Shown: piece by piece, positions 28,025 to 37,372 of the stretch
Numbering within the stretch: position 1 is the stretch's first letter
Layout: each line of letters starts with the position of its first letter
From: an uncultured Endomicrobiia bacterium
GTDB lineage: Bacteria; Elusimicrobiota; Endomicrobiia; DTEH01
NCBI GenBank assembly: GCA_938074745.1
Contig: CALJEJ010000083.1
Span: forward strand, 1 to 38,822
Length of the DNA stretch: 38,822 nucleotides
Reading direction: 5' to 3'
Position numbers and translations under genes: made by a program
The notes under the pieces: model-generated
Told to the model about the DNA's origin: nothing
What the model saw: the letters and a program-made list of their open reading frames with translations, nothing else
Database searches by the model: none

Positions 28025-29095
28025 TTACTTTATAGTGGAACGTTTTTTCTTAGGTGAAGTTTGTGAAGAATTTGGTTGTGGAGATGTCGTTCTTGTGATA
28101 TTTAACTGTACTGTTGAAGTGTATCCTGTATTTTCAAAAATGTCATTTGCTGCAAATCTTATATAAAAATCTCCTTGAATATCTTGTGGAACTTGAGGTA
28201 TATCTAATGAAAAAACATATGGTTGTGTATATACGAATTTAGAGATACGTTTCCATGAAGTAGCATCTTTTGAAATTTCCATCCATACACGTTCAATATT
28301 AGGAGTTAAAGAGGTAATATAAAAAACTTTTTCATCAGTATTTTTTCTACCTTCTGTGATAGAAGCAATTTTTAATTCAATTTTTATTTTATCTGAACCG
28401 GCTGGGATTAGTTTTATTACGATTGCTGGGTCAAACGCGCGTATAGGTGTTTTTAAAGAATTCTCAGGGTTGATTGGTGGTGCACAGTTAATTTCGTTGT
28501 TAAGCCATACTGTGATATCTTGTTGTGCACGTTCACGCCATCCGCCTGCAACTATAGGTGAAGAAGAAGCTGAGTTTAAATAAGGAGTATTGGAATATAA
28601 ACATACCCAAAGGTCAGAATCGGTGAATATACTTTCTAGTGGCACCTCGGTGTAGAACCATCTTGCTTCTGCAGTAGTAGTAATAGCGTTTTCCCAGTCA
28701 CCTTCTGTAGGTATGTCTTTTATAGAGCATAAAAAATAACGTTGGGAAGATTTCCAAGCCGGAGTTGAAGATATACCTATGTATATATTCCCATCAATAA
28801 CTTCTTTTTCCCAAGGTGGTGCGTTATGTCTTGGTTGAGTTTTTGCTCTTCCAAGTTTTACTCCAATATATGATTTGACAAAATCTTCTTTATTAAAAGG
28901 TATATCTTGCCTATAAAATTTTTTTATCCAACAAGTGTTAGAACCTACATACCAGTTGCCATCCCAACCACTGTTTGCAAACAAAGTATATTCACTGATT
29001 GGAACTCCACCAGTGATATACACTGGATACATTTCTTCTGCTACAAGTTGAGTAATTGCAAAAAATATAAGTGTATTTAATAATAAGAAATTCAT
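28025..29095 (-). CDS. Secreted hypothetical protein
   Basis: 356 aa. Signal peptide MNFLLLNTLIFFAITQLVAEE. Pro/Ser-rich, Lys-rich tail (TTSPQPNSSQTSPKKKRSTIK). A 4-nt gap to the downstream PP-loop gene. No recognisable domain. Confidence 0.4.
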   Translation of the reverse strand: MNFLLLNTLIFFAITQLVAEEMYPVYITGGVPISEYTLFANSGWDGNWYVGSNTCWIKKFYRQDIPFNKEDFVKSYIGVKLGRAKTQPRHNAPPWEKEVIDGNIYIGISSTPAWKSSQRYFLCSIKDIPTEGDWENAITTTAEARWFYTEVPLESIFTDSDLWVCLYSNTPYLNSASSSPIVAGGWRERAQQDITVWLNNEINCAPPINPENSLKTPIRAFDPAIVIKLIPAGSDKIKIELKIASITEGRKNTDEKVFYITSLTPNIERVWMEISKDATSWKRISKFVYTQPYVFSLDIPQVPQDIQGDFYIRFAANDIFENTGYTSTVQLNITRTTSPQPNSSQTSPKKKRSTIK

Positions 29096-29197
29096 ATCAA
29101 CAATTGTTTTAGTAATTTTTTTCGAGCATTAGGAATTTTTTATATATACTATTTTTAATTAATAAAGTCAATACTGACTTAAAAATAAACGCAGATA

Positions 29198-29226
29198 TTG
29201 ACAACAATTTTTGTTTTTAGTATATC
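29198..29226 (+). promoter_or_regulatory. Candidate sigma70-type promoter for the rplU-rpmA-obg(-tRNA-Thr) operon
   Basis: TTGACA, a 17-nt spacer, then TATATC, about 35 nt upstream of the rplU start. Read by eye only. Confidence 0.3.
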
Positions 29227-29259
29227 AATCTTAAAATTATTATCTTTAAGGAGTTTAAT

Positions 29260-29580
29260 ATGTATGCAATAACAGAAATTGGTGGCAAACAATACATTGT
29301 CTCTAAAGGTGATACAATACTGGTAGAAAAAATTGATTTACCAGAAAAATCCGAGTATGTTATAGACAAAGTTTTACTTGTTAAAGATGACGATGGTAAA
29401 ATTCAACTTGGTACACCGTATGTTCCAAATGCTAAAATAATTTCCGAAGTAACAAAACAAACAAAAACTAAAAAGATTATCGTATTAAGAAAAAGTAAAC
29501 CTAAAAAAAACTGGCGTCGCAAAATTGGTCATAGGCAACAAGTTACTGTGTTAAAAATAAAAGATATATCTCTAGAATAA
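29260..29580 (+). CDS. rplU: 50S ribosomal protein L21
   Basis: MYAITEIGGKQYIVSKGDTILVEK. SD AAGGAG upstream. Confidence 0.9.
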   Translation: MYAITEIGGKQYIVSKGDTILVEKIDLPEKSEYVIDKVLLVKDDDGKIQLGTPYVPNAKIISEVTKQTKTKKIIVLRKSKPKKNWRRKIGHRQQVTVLKIKDISLE

Positions 29581-29633
29581 ATCACGGTTAGTATTGTAGC
29601 TAATATAGTAGACTTTAGTGATGAGGTAAATGT

Positions 29634-29870
29634 ATGGCACATGTAACTAATGGTAGAGACAGTAATCCAAAATATTTAGGTGTAAAAGTTTTCCAAGGTC
29701 AAATTGTAAAACCAGGTCAAATTATAGTTAGACAAAGAGGTACACAGTTTCTGTCAGGAAAGAACACCTTTCTTGGTAAAGATTTTACCATACATTCAAA
29801 AATTCTCGGTAGAGTTGTATTTAAATATGTAAATAAAACAAAACAACAAATAGATGTCCTACCATTGTAG
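29634..29870 (+). CDS. rpmA: 50S ribosomal protein L27 (N-terminally short form)
   Basis: MAHVTNGRDSNPKYLGVKVFQGQIV...IIVRQRGTQF matches L27. An in-frame TGA 12 nt upstream fixes the start. Confidence 0.85.
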   Translation: MAHVTNGRDSNPKYLGVKVFQGQIVKPGQIIVRQRGTQFLSGKNTFLGKDFTIHSKILGRVVFKYVNKTKQQIDVLPL

Positions 29871-29935
29871 TTCTTACAAAAGTTTGGTTATCACTTTCCA
29901 AATTTTTAAAAAATCTTTAACCGACTCAGTTAATT

Positions 29936-31261
29936 ATGTTCGTAGATAAAATAAAAATTTTTATAGAAGCGGGTCGTGGAGGAAACGGTTGTGTAAGTTT
30001 CCGTAGAGAAAAATTTGTTCCTTATGGTGGTCCTGATGGTGGTAACGGTGGTAAAGGTGGTGACGTGTACCTTCGTGCAAACGAAAATTTGTCTACTTTG
30101 TACGATTTTCTACTCCACCCGCACTACAAGTCTCAACCAGGCGAACATGGAAAAGGTAAAAACATGCATGGTAAAGATGGCAAGGATTTAATAATAGATG
30201 TTCCATGTGGTACTGTAGTTTATAAATTAATAGAACCTTCGGATTCTACAAAGAACAGAGAACCTCAAAAAATTTTGTTATCTGATTTAAAAAATCCGAA
30301 CGATATGGTACTTGTAGCGCGAGGTGGTCGTGGTGGTCGTGGTAATGCTATGTTTAAAACGTCAACAAATCAAGCACCAAAAATTGCAGAACTTGGTGAA
30401 CCTGGTGAAAAAGTTACTCTTTTGTTAGAACTAAAACTTATTGCAGACGTTGGGATTATAGGCTTACCGAATGCAGGAAAATCAACTTTATTGTCAGTGA
30501 TAACTTCTGCAAAACCTAAAATTGCAGATTATCCGTTTACAACATTATCTCCGAACCTTGGCGTGTGTGTTTACAAAACTGATAGAATAGTGTTTGCTGA
30601 CATTCCCGGAATAATAGAAAATGCACACAAAGGTAAAGGTTTGGGGATAGAGTTTTTAAGACATATTGAAAGAACAAGAATGTTATTACATTTGATAGAC
30701 GTTACGGCACACAACGAAATTTATAAAAATTTTGTTACTGTAATGAAGGAATTAAAAGAATATTCTTTGGAATTATATAAAAAACCAATGATTGTAGTAC
30801 TTACAAAGACAGATTTGTTACCTAAATCAAATGTTGAAAAATTGTTATTAAAATTTGTAAAAAAAATAAAACACAAAATAATTCCAATCTCTGCAGTAAC
30901 GAAACAAAATATAACTCTTTTACTTAACGAAGTTGTTAATGTTTTAAACAAGATAAAACAAAAATCTACTGTAGAGTCACAAGAAAGTTTGTCTGAAAAA
31001 GAATACAAGATTTATCAATACAAACCAGAGATTGAAGTTATAAAACAACAAGGGAAATTTATTTTACGAGGAGAAAATATTGAACGTATTGTTAAAATGA
31101 CAAATTTTGAATTAGAGGAATCTGTTAAAAGGTTACAAAAAATATTAAAAAAAGTAGGTGTGGAAAAAATTTTAAAAAAACGTGGTATAAAACCTGGTGA
31201 CAAAGTTGTGATAGCAGATATAGAATTTGAATATTTTGAAGAAGACACTAAAAGTGAATAA
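29936..31261 (+). CDS. obg: GTPase Obg
   Basis: FVDKIKIFIEAGRGGNGCVSFRREKFVPYGGPDGGNGGKGGDV (Obg fold). G motifs GLPNAGKST, DIPG and TKTD. 441 aa. Confidence 0.9.
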   Translation: MFVDKIKIFIEAGRGGNGCVSFRREKFVPYGGPDGGNGGKGGDVYLRANENLSTLYDFLLHPHYKSQPGEHGKGKNMHGKDGKDLIIDVPCGTVVYKLIEPSDSTKNREPQKILLSDLKNPNDMVLVARGGRGGRGNAMFKTSTNQAPKIAELGEPGEKVTLLLELKLIADVGIIGLPNAGKSTLLSVITSAKPKIADYPFTTLSPNLGVCVYKTDRIVFADIPGIIENAHKGKGLGIEFLRHIERTRMLLHLIDVTAHNEIYKNFVTVMKELKEYSLELYKKPMIVVLTKTDLLPKSNVEKLLLKFVKKIKHKIIPISAVTKQNITLLLNEVVNVLNKIKQKSTVESQESLSEKEYKIYQYKPEIEVIKQQGKFILRGENIERIVKMTNFELEESVKRLQKILKKVGVEKILKKRGIKPGDKVVIADIEFEYFEEDTKSE

Positions 31262-31272
31262 ATTTTTCATAA

Positions 31273-31344
31273 GCCCATGTAGCTCAGTGGTAGAGCAGGC
31301 GCCTTGTAAGCGTCAGGTCGGAGGTTCGAATCCTCTCGTGGGCT
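31273..31344 (+). tRNA. tRNA-Thr (anticodon TGT)
   Basis: GCCCATG acceptor. GTAGCTCAGTGGTAGAGC D arm. Anticodon stem GGCGC/GCGTC with loop CTTGTAA. T arm GGAGG-TTCGAAT-CCTCT. Followed by a T6 run. Confidence 0.75.
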
Positions 31345-31360
31345 TTTTTACTCACTTTTT
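31345..31360 (+). terminator. Possible intrinsic terminator formed by the tRNA-Thr acceptor/T-arm followed by a T-run
   Basis: GGGCTTTTTTACTCACTTTTT. A tRNA 3' stem followed by T6 is a common operon-end arrangement. Weak. Confidence 0.25.
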
Positions 31361-31487
31361 AGTATCATCTCCTATATAATTTCTTTTTCCTTTTTCCTTT
31401 TCTTCTTACCATTTATTTTCTTTTTATCCAATAAATTTTTATTAATTATTGCAAAATACAAATGTAATTTAGTATTTCTTCACAACT

Positions 31488-33452
31488 ATGAAGAAAAATA
31501 TTGTACAAAAAATTATTTCTTCACATTTAATTGGCAAATCTAAACTTCCATTGCCTCAAGAAGAGGTTGCACTTAAGGTTGATCAAACATTGACTCAAGA
31601 CGCTACTGGTACACTTGTATATCTTGAGTATGAGAACATTATCTCAGGAAGACCTTCTTCTCTTACTCGTGTTAAGGTAAAAATTGCTGTATCTTATGTA
31701 GACCACAACACGTTGCAGTCTTCTTATGAAAATAGTGATGACCATAAATATTTGCAGACAGTAGCAGAAAAATATGGTATAATATTTTCCCCAGCAGGTA
31801 ACGGTATTTGTCATCAATTACATTTAGAAAATTTTGCTCGTCCTGCAGAAATATTGATTGGTTCTGATAGTCATACTTCAACTTCTTCAGCAGTAGGTAT
31901 GTTAGCGATAGGTGTAGGTGGGCTTGAAGTTGCTTGCGTTCTTGCTGGAGAACCGTTTTATATGAATATGCCAAAAGTAGTCAATATATATCTTACTGGA
32001 AAACTAAAACCGTATGTTTCTGCTAAAGATGTTATTTTATATTTGTTAAAAAAATTTACTGTAAAAGGTGGAATAAATAAAATTTTTGAATACACAGGTG
32101 ACGGAATAAAAAATTTTTCTGTTTACGATCGTGCTACTATAACGAACATGGGGACAGAACTTGGACTAACTTCTTCAATTTTTCCTTCAGATGAGATTAC
32201 AAAAAAGTTTTTAACTCAACAGAAAAGAAAAAAAGATTTTTCAGTGTTATACCCAGATGAAGGATGTTCTTATGATGAGAAATATGAAATAGATTTATCA
32301 AATATAGAACCGTTAGTAGCGTTACCACATTCACCAGATAATGTTGTTAGAGTAAAAGAAATTGAGGGGTTGAAAGTTGACCAAGTATGTATAGGTAGTT
32401 GCACAAATTCGTCTTTAAAAGATATGATATTTTTGTGTAAAACTCTTGCAGGGAAAAAAGTTGCGAAAAATGTTTCTGTAGTAGTATATCCGGGTTCGAG
32501 ACAAATTATTTTATTGTTAGAAAAATTAGGTTTGTTAAAAAACTTGTATGAAGCAGGTGTTCGTGTTATGGAACCTGTTTGTGGTGCATGTATAGGTCAA
32601 GGTCAAGCTCCTATATCTTCGGGAGTTTCAGTACGAACTTTTAACAGAAATTTTGAAGGTAGGTCAGGTACTATAGATGCTAAAGTATACCTTACTTCTG
32701 TAGAAACAGCAGTTGCTTGTGCATTATATGGCGAGTTTGTAGATCCCAGAAGGTTAGGTAAAAATCCAATTAAAATTGTTTTACCTAAAAAAATTGATGT
32801 AGCTAAACCAAATTTTATTTATCCCAAAAAAACTACTAAACATCTGGAAGTATTTTATGGGCCAAATATAAAACCGTTGCCACAGTTTATGCCGTTAGAG
32901 ACAAATTTGGATTTAAAAATTATAAAAAAACTTGGTAACAATATTTCTACAGATGACATTTTACCTGCAGGTACCAAAATACTTTCTTTGCGTTCAAACA
33001 TTCCTGCAATTAGTGAATATATCTTTCATAGAAAATTTCCTGATTTAATTAATAAAATAAAAACTGAAACAGCAAAAGCTAAAAATTTGTGTATTATAGC
33101 AGAAGAAAATTATGGCCAAGGTTCATCAAGAGAACATGCCGCTATAGTGCAAAGATATCATAATATAAGAATAGTTATTGCAAAATCCTTTGCTCGGATA
33201 CATAAAAATAATTTGATAAATTTTGGTATTATCCCTGCAGAATTTATAATAAAATCTGACTATGACAATTTAGATGAAGATGATGAATTAATAATTGAAG
33301 ATGTGATTAAACAACTTGACACAGGAATGCTTGAAATCAAAGTTGTCAATAAAAATTTAGTTTTTCGTGTAGAAGTTGATTTATCTTCAAGAGAGAAAGA
33401 AATTATAATTTCGGGCGGAAAATTAAATTATGTAAGACAGAAATATCAATAG
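31488..33452 (+). CDS. Aconitase-family hydro-lyase, single-chain ~650 aa form (putative aconitate hydratase, 'Aquifex-type')
   Basis: GSDSHTSTSSAVGMLAIGVGG and CIGSCTNSS (Fe-S ligand region). C-terminal swivel domain NYGQGSSREHAA. Confidence 0.75.
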   Translation: MKKNIVQKIISSHLIGKSKLPLPQEEVALKVDQTLTQDATGTLVYLEYENIISGRPSSLTRVKVKIAVSYVDHNTLQSSYENSDDHKYLQTVAEKYGIIFSPAGNGICHQLHLENFARPAEILIGSDSHTSTSSAVGMLAIGVGGLEVACVLAGEPFYMNMPKVVNIYLTGKLKPYVSAKDVILYLLKKFTVKGGINKIFEYTGDGIKNFSVYDRATITNMGTELGLTSSIFPSDEITKKFLTQQKRKKDFSVLYPDEGCSYDEKYEIDLSNIEPLVALPHSPDNVVRVKEIEGLKVDQVCIGSCTNSSLKDMIFLCKTLAGKKVAKNVSVVVYPGSRQIILLLEKLGLLKNLYEAGVRVMEPVCGACIGQGQAPISSGVSVRTFNRNFEGRSGTIDAKVYLTSVETAVACALYGEFVDPRRLGKNPIKIVLPKKIDVAKPNFIYPKKTTKHLEVFYGPNIKPLPQFMPLETNLDLKIIKKLGNNISTDDILPAGTKILSLRSNIPAISEYIFHRKFPDLINKIKTETAKAKNLCIIAEENYGQGSSREHAAIVQRYHNIRIVIAKSFARIHKNNLINFGIIPAEFIIKSDYDNLDEDDELIIEDVIKQLDTGMLEIKVVNKNLVFRVEVDLSSREKEIIISGGKLNYVRQKYQ

Positions 33453-33457
33453 TATTT

Positions 33458-34096
33458 ATGAAATTAAAAAAAGGCATATTTATTGTTTTTGAAGGGCCTG
33501 AAGGTTCTGGTAAATCTACACATTGTAATATGTTAAAAAAATATTTAGAAAATAAAGGTTATGAAGTTATTTTAACTCGTGAACCCGGCGGAACAAAAGT
33601 TGCAGAACATGTTCGTAAAATAATTCTTTCTCCAGAAACTAAAATTTCAGCGTTAACAGAATTGTTGTTATATGAATCAGCTCGAGCACAACATGTTGCT
33701 GAAGTAATAAAACCGAATCTCAAAGAAAACAAAATTGTTATTTCTGACAGGTTTGCTGACGCTTCTATAGCGTATCAAGGTTATGGCCGAGGATTAAGTA
33801 TTCCAATGATTCAAAAATTGAACAAAATTGCCACTATGGGAATAAAACCTGATTTGACTATTTTATTAGATATACATCCTGAAGAAGGACTTAAAAGAGT
33901 GAAAGCTACTAGAAACAAATTTGACCGTTTAGAACAGGAAGATATTGAATTTCATAAAAAAATTCGTTTGGGATATTTAAAAATTGCAAAACAACGTAAG
34001 GATTATGTTATAATAGATGTAACTAATAAAACAAAACAAGAAGTCCATAAAAAAATTATTTCTATAATTAACCAAAGGTTGAAACTAAATGTATGA
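33458..34096 (+). CDS. tmk: Thymidylate kinase
   Basis: FIVFEGPEGSGKST P-loop and DRF motif. 212 aa. Confidence 0.85.
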   Translation: MKLKKGIFIVFEGPEGSGKSTHCNMLKKYLENKGYEVILTREPGGTKVAEHVRKIILSPETKISALTELLLYESARAQHVAEVIKPNLKENKIVISDRFADASIAYQGYGRGLSIPMIQKLNKIATMGIKPDLTILLDIHPEEGLKRVKATRNKFDRLEQEDIEFHKKIRLGYLKIAKQRKDYVIIDVTNKTKQEVHKKIISIINQRLKLNV

Positions 34097-35016
34097 GTTT
34101 AAAAGATGTTTTAGGCCAACAATATGCAGTAGATATCTTAACTAATGAACTGAGATTACAAAAAGTTAAACCTGCATATTTGTTTTATGGTATCAAAGGT
34201 GTGGGGAAAAAATTCACTGCAATACAGTTTGTAAAAACTTTGTTATGTGAGGAAAAAAAAGATATTTTTTCTTGTGATAAATGTTCAACTTGTCAAAAAG
34301 TTGACTCTCAGACACATCCTGACGTTTTAATAATAGACTTTTTATTTCAGTCAAATTTGTTATCCAAAGAAATTTCTGAACAAAAAGTTATTAGAATTGA
34401 CACTGTACGTGAAGTTCAGCGAATCGCTAATTTAACTTCTTACACTGGGAAACTGAAAATTTTTATAATAGACCAAGCAGAAACAATGCAATCTGAAGCG
34501 GCAAACTCGTTATTAAAAATTTTAGAAGAACCACCTAAAACATCATTGTTTATCCTGATTTCTGCTGGGTTGGGTCATTTACCAAAAACTGTGGTTTCAC
34601 GTTGTGAACTTATAAAATTTTTACCCCTACAGCCAGAAGTTATCAAACAAATATTTCCTGAAATAGATGAAGAGATACTTCATTATTCTTGTGGTTCTGT
34701 TGAGAATGTGAGATATATCCAGAAAATAAAAGAATATATTAATACTTTTGAGGATATAATAAATCTCAAATACGAAGATATTAAAGAAATTTGTTCACAG
34801 ATAAGTAAAGACAAGGAGTTAACAAAATACATAGTTCATATTTTAATAGAAAAATTAATACATAGAATTGTTTCTAAGGAAAAATCACTGCAAAAAATAT
34901 TAATTGAAATTGACGAGTTTAAAAATTATTCTTCTCGTTTAGTTTATAATATTGATACAAATTTACTATTACAAACATTTTTAACACATTTGAGGTTGGT
35001 ATGGAACAAAAATTAA
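34093..35016 (+). CDS. holB: DNA polymerase III delta' subunit
   Basis: AYLFYGIKGVGKKFTA P-loop-like. Zn module CDKCSTCQK. FIIDQAETM. Position after tmk as in Bacillus. Confidence 0.7.
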   Translation: MSLKDVLGQQYAVDILTNELRLQKVKPAYLFYGIKGVGKKFTAIQFVKTLLCEEKKDIFSCDKCSTCQKVDSQTHPDVLIIDFLFQSNLLSKEISEQKVIRIDTVREVQRIANLTSYTGKLKIFIIDQAETMQSEAANSLLKILEEPPKTSLFILISAGLGHLPKTVVSRCELIKFLPLQPEVIKQIFPEIDEEILHYSCGSVENVRYIQKIKEYINTFEDIINLKYEDIKEICSQISKDKELTKYIVHILIEKLIHRIVSKEKSLQKILIEIDEFKNYSSRLVYNIDTNLLLQTFLTHLRLVWNKN

Positions 35017-35852
35017 TTGTAGAACTTGAACTAAACGGGCAGAAAATTTTAGCTGAAAATATAAAAAATTTAGATTTAAAAATTGGCGATAAAATAATTG
35101 CGTTTATAGATGGCCAATATGAAGTTGCTACAGTTGTTTCTGAAGAAAAAATAATAAATAAACCAGAACAAAAAGTTCATAAAATAATTCGTAAAGTTTC
35201 ACAACAAGATTTACAACATATTTTAGAAAATGAACGAAAGAATAAAGAAGCAATGAAAATTATTAAAGAAAAAATACGTAACTATAGATTGCCAGCCAAA
35301 ATTGTCAATGTGAGGTATACTTTTGATAGAAGTAAGTTGTTTGTATATTATACAGCAGATTCGTATGTAAATTTTAAACCTTTTGTTCGTGAGATTGCGT
35401 ATAAACTTAAAACACGCGTTGAAATGAAACAGTTAGGTCCAAGAGATGAGACTAAGATTGTAGGTGGTATTGGTGTATGTGGATACGAGTTGTGTTGTAA
35501 AAGATGGATAAGAAAATTTGAATCTATAAGTGTAGAAATGGCTAAAACACAACAGTTAGTTTTAAATATACCTAAATTATCTGGTTTGTGTAACAGGTTA
35601 AAATGTTGTCTTTATTATGAATACGATTTTTATAAAGAAGCATGTAAACGTATGCCTAAAATAGGTGCAAAGGTCTATACTCCGGATGGCAGCGAAGCTA
35701 AAGTAATCTCAATTAATTGTATAAAACAAACAGTTACAGTAGAGATACCAATTGGTGATACCACAGAAACTATTACAAAAACTTTTAATTTAGACCAGAT
35801 AAAGTTTTCTTTAATTGAAAAGATTAAACAAGGGTTAGGTTTGGAAAAATAA
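35001..35852 (+). CDS. PSP1 C-terminal domain protein (YaaT/RicT-like)
   Basis: Cys-rich PSP1 core (GGIGVCGYELCCKRW...LCNRLKCCLYYE). Conserved position after holB. Confidence 0.7.
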   Translation: MEQKLIVELELNGQKILAENIKNLDLKIGDKIIAFIDGQYEVATVVSEEKIINKPEQKVHKIIRKVSQQDLQHILENERKNKEAMKIIKEKIRNYRLPAKIVNVRYTFDRSKLFVYYTADSYVNFKPFVREIAYKLKTRVEMKQLGPRDETKIVGGIGVCGYELCCKRWIRKFESISVEMAKTQQLVLNIPKLSGLCNRLKCCLYYEYDFYKEACKRMPKIGAKVYTPDGSEAKVISINCIKQTVTVEIPIGDTTETITKTFNLDQIKFSLIEKIKQGLGLEK

Positions 35853-37372
35853 TGAACAAATTTTATATCACTACACCAATTTATTATGTAAACGACACTC
35901 CTCATATAGGCCATACTTATACTACAGTTATTGCGGATGTATTGTCACGGTATTACCGAAATTTAGGATATAAAACGTTTTTTTTAACTGGTAGTGACGA
36001 ACATGGAATAAAAATTTTCCAAACAGCAAAAAAACATTCGTTAGAACCTAAAGAATTTTGTGATAATATAGTTAAAGAATTTAAATCAGCATGGAATTTA
36101 TTAGAGATCAAATATGATAAATTTATTCGCACTACTGATGTTGACCATGAAGAAACAGTTAAATATGTGTTACAAAAGTTGTATTCTAATGGTGATATTT
36201 ACAAAGCAAATTATAAAGGGTTATATTGTATCCAATGTGAAAGATATGTTTCTGAAGACGAATTGGTAGATGGCAACTGTCCTGACCACAATATTCCTCC
36301 TATAGTTTATAATGAAGAGAATTATTTCTTTAGATTGTCAAAATATAAAGAAAGAATTATTAGAAGTATTGAAACTGATGAAATAAAAATTTTACCTTTG
36401 ACAAGAAAAAATGAAATTTTAGGTAAAGTAACTGCTAAGATTGAAGATATAAGTATATCACGGAAAAATTTGCCTTGGGGGATTAAAATTCCATTTGATT
36501 CTGAACATACTGTATATGTTTGGATAGATGCTTTGATAAACTATCTTTCAGGGATAGATTATTTTAATATTACTTCTTTAGATTCACAGACAGCACAATT
36601 ATGGCCATGTGATTTGCATCTTATAGGAAAAGACATTTTATGGTTTCATACAGTAATTTGGCCTGCGATACTTTTTAGTATAAATGTTCCGTTACCACAA
36701 AAAGTTTTTGCTCACGGATTTTTTACAGTAGAGGGGAAAAAGATGTCAAAATCAGTTGGTAATGTTATACGACCACAACAATTAGTTGAAATTTTTGGTG
36801 TAGATGCTACAAGGTTACTTTTAATTTCAATGTTTCCTTGTGGTACTTCGGGCGATTTTTCAATAAACGAAATGAAAAAAAAGTATAATGCAGACCTGCC
36901 AGACAATTTTGGTAATCTTGTAACACGAACAATTGTTATGGTGAACAAGTATTTTGGTGAAAATTTTAAACCTGTTTCTATAAGTGAGGTGTGCGCTAAA
37001 GAAATTTATAAAACATTGCAGAAATATGTAGAGAGTGTTGCCAATATTGAACCACATAAAATGGTAGAGGCTGTTTTATCTTTGTCATCTTTTGCGAACC
37101 GTTATATTCAGGAGACTTCGCCATGGGTAGTAGCAAAAAATAAAAATACAGAAAAACTAACCAGTATTTTGTCAGACTTGTTGTATTGTATAAAAGCGAT
37201 AACTTTACTTTTTTTACCCATAATGCCACAAGTAGTTGCTAAAGTTTATTCTATGTTCAACGAAGATACTAATTCAATATCACAAGATTTCGCAAGTTTA
37301 ATAATTGACAAGAAAATTTATCTTAGATCGCAGAAATTTGTCTCCTATGGTATCCTATTTAAAAAATTATAA
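35852..37372 (+). CDS. metG: Methionine--tRNA ligase (short form without C-terminal tRNA-binding domain)
   Basis: FYITTPIYYVNDTPHIGH (HIGH). Zn knuckle CIQCERY...CPDH. KMSKS. Confidence 0.9.
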   Translation: MNKFYITTPIYYVNDTPHIGHTYTTVIADVLSRYYRNLGYKTFFLTGSDEHGIKIFQTAKKHSLEPKEFCDNIVKEFKSAWNLLEIKYDKFIRTTDVDHEETVKYVLQKLYSNGDIYKANYKGLYCIQCERYVSEDELVDGNCPDHNIPPIVYNEENYFFRLSKYKERIIRSIETDEIKILPLTRKNEILGKVTAKIEDISISRKNLPWGIKIPFDSEHTVYVWIDALINYLSGIDYFNITSLDSQTAQLWPCDLHLIGKDILWFHTVIWPAILFSINVPLPQKVFAHGFFTVEGKKMSKSVGNVIRPQQLVEIFGVDATRLLLISMFPCGTSGDFSINEMKKKYNADLPDNFGNLVTRTIVMVNKYFGENFKPVSISEVCAKEIYKTLQKYVESVANIEPHKMVEAVLSLSSFANRYIQETSPWVVAKNKNTEKLTSILSDLLYCIKAITLLFLPIMPQVVAKVYSMFNEDTNSISQDFASLIIDKKIYLRSQKFVSYGILFKKL

